64,000 bases of DNA from an uncultured Myxococcales bacterium (GTDB lineage Bacteria; Myxococcota; B64-G9): contig CAZXHT010000021.1 in NCBI GenBank assembly GCA_964640665.1, forward strand, positions 5,821 to 69,820, read 5' to 3'. Made by a program: the position numbers and the translations under genes. The notes beneath the pieces were generated by a model. It was not told where the DNA came from and did no database searches. It was given only the letters and a program-made list of their open reading frames with translations. Below, one piece after another: positions 64,000 through 64,000 of this stretch. Position 1 is the first letter of the stretch. The number at the start of each line of letters is the position of its first letter.

Positions 64000-64000
64000 C

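Overview
High-GC (roughly 60-63% by eye) bacterial chromosome segment of Myxococcota/deltaproteobacterial character, suggested by MYXO-CTERM-like tails, Cys-rich lipoproteins, a myxobacterial-type gspC-N operon and an AgmX/GltJ-like protein. I found no rRNA, tRNA, CRISPR array, transposase or integrase. Contents in order: a Cys-rich lipoprotein (partial), an M23 peptidase, a metallophosphoesterase-PKD protein, a lipoprotein serpin and a complete T2SS operon (gspC-N) with lspA inserted between gspF and gspG. Next come a stand-alone MshEN protein, a gnnA-like/lpxB/GT2/GT-C operon, NifU-like, PilZ and AgmX-like genes, a low-GC orphan islet with a possibly structured leader, an S8 protease and an AbrB-VapC pair whose toxin has an internal deletion. 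Then a lipoprotein with 10 Notch-like EGF repeats, a five-gene cyclic-nucleotide cassette (CHASE2 adenylate cyclase, TPR-2xCNB, GAF-GAF-HD-GYP, CRP-like, class II PDE) coupled to folC, an AMIN-linker-AMIN protein with lptD, and a TetR/OMP pair. The window ends with a Tad/Kil-like pilus cluster (flp, cpaA, cpaC, FHA-cpaF, FHA-FHA-TM-TPR) interrupted by a GT-C relic and a prenyltransferase-repeat/DUF362 pair, then MlaC-like and TolC (partial) genes. Three sigma54 promoter motifs precede the T2SS operon, the serpin and the EGF lipoprotein. All family calls come from motif recognition by eye; no database search was run.
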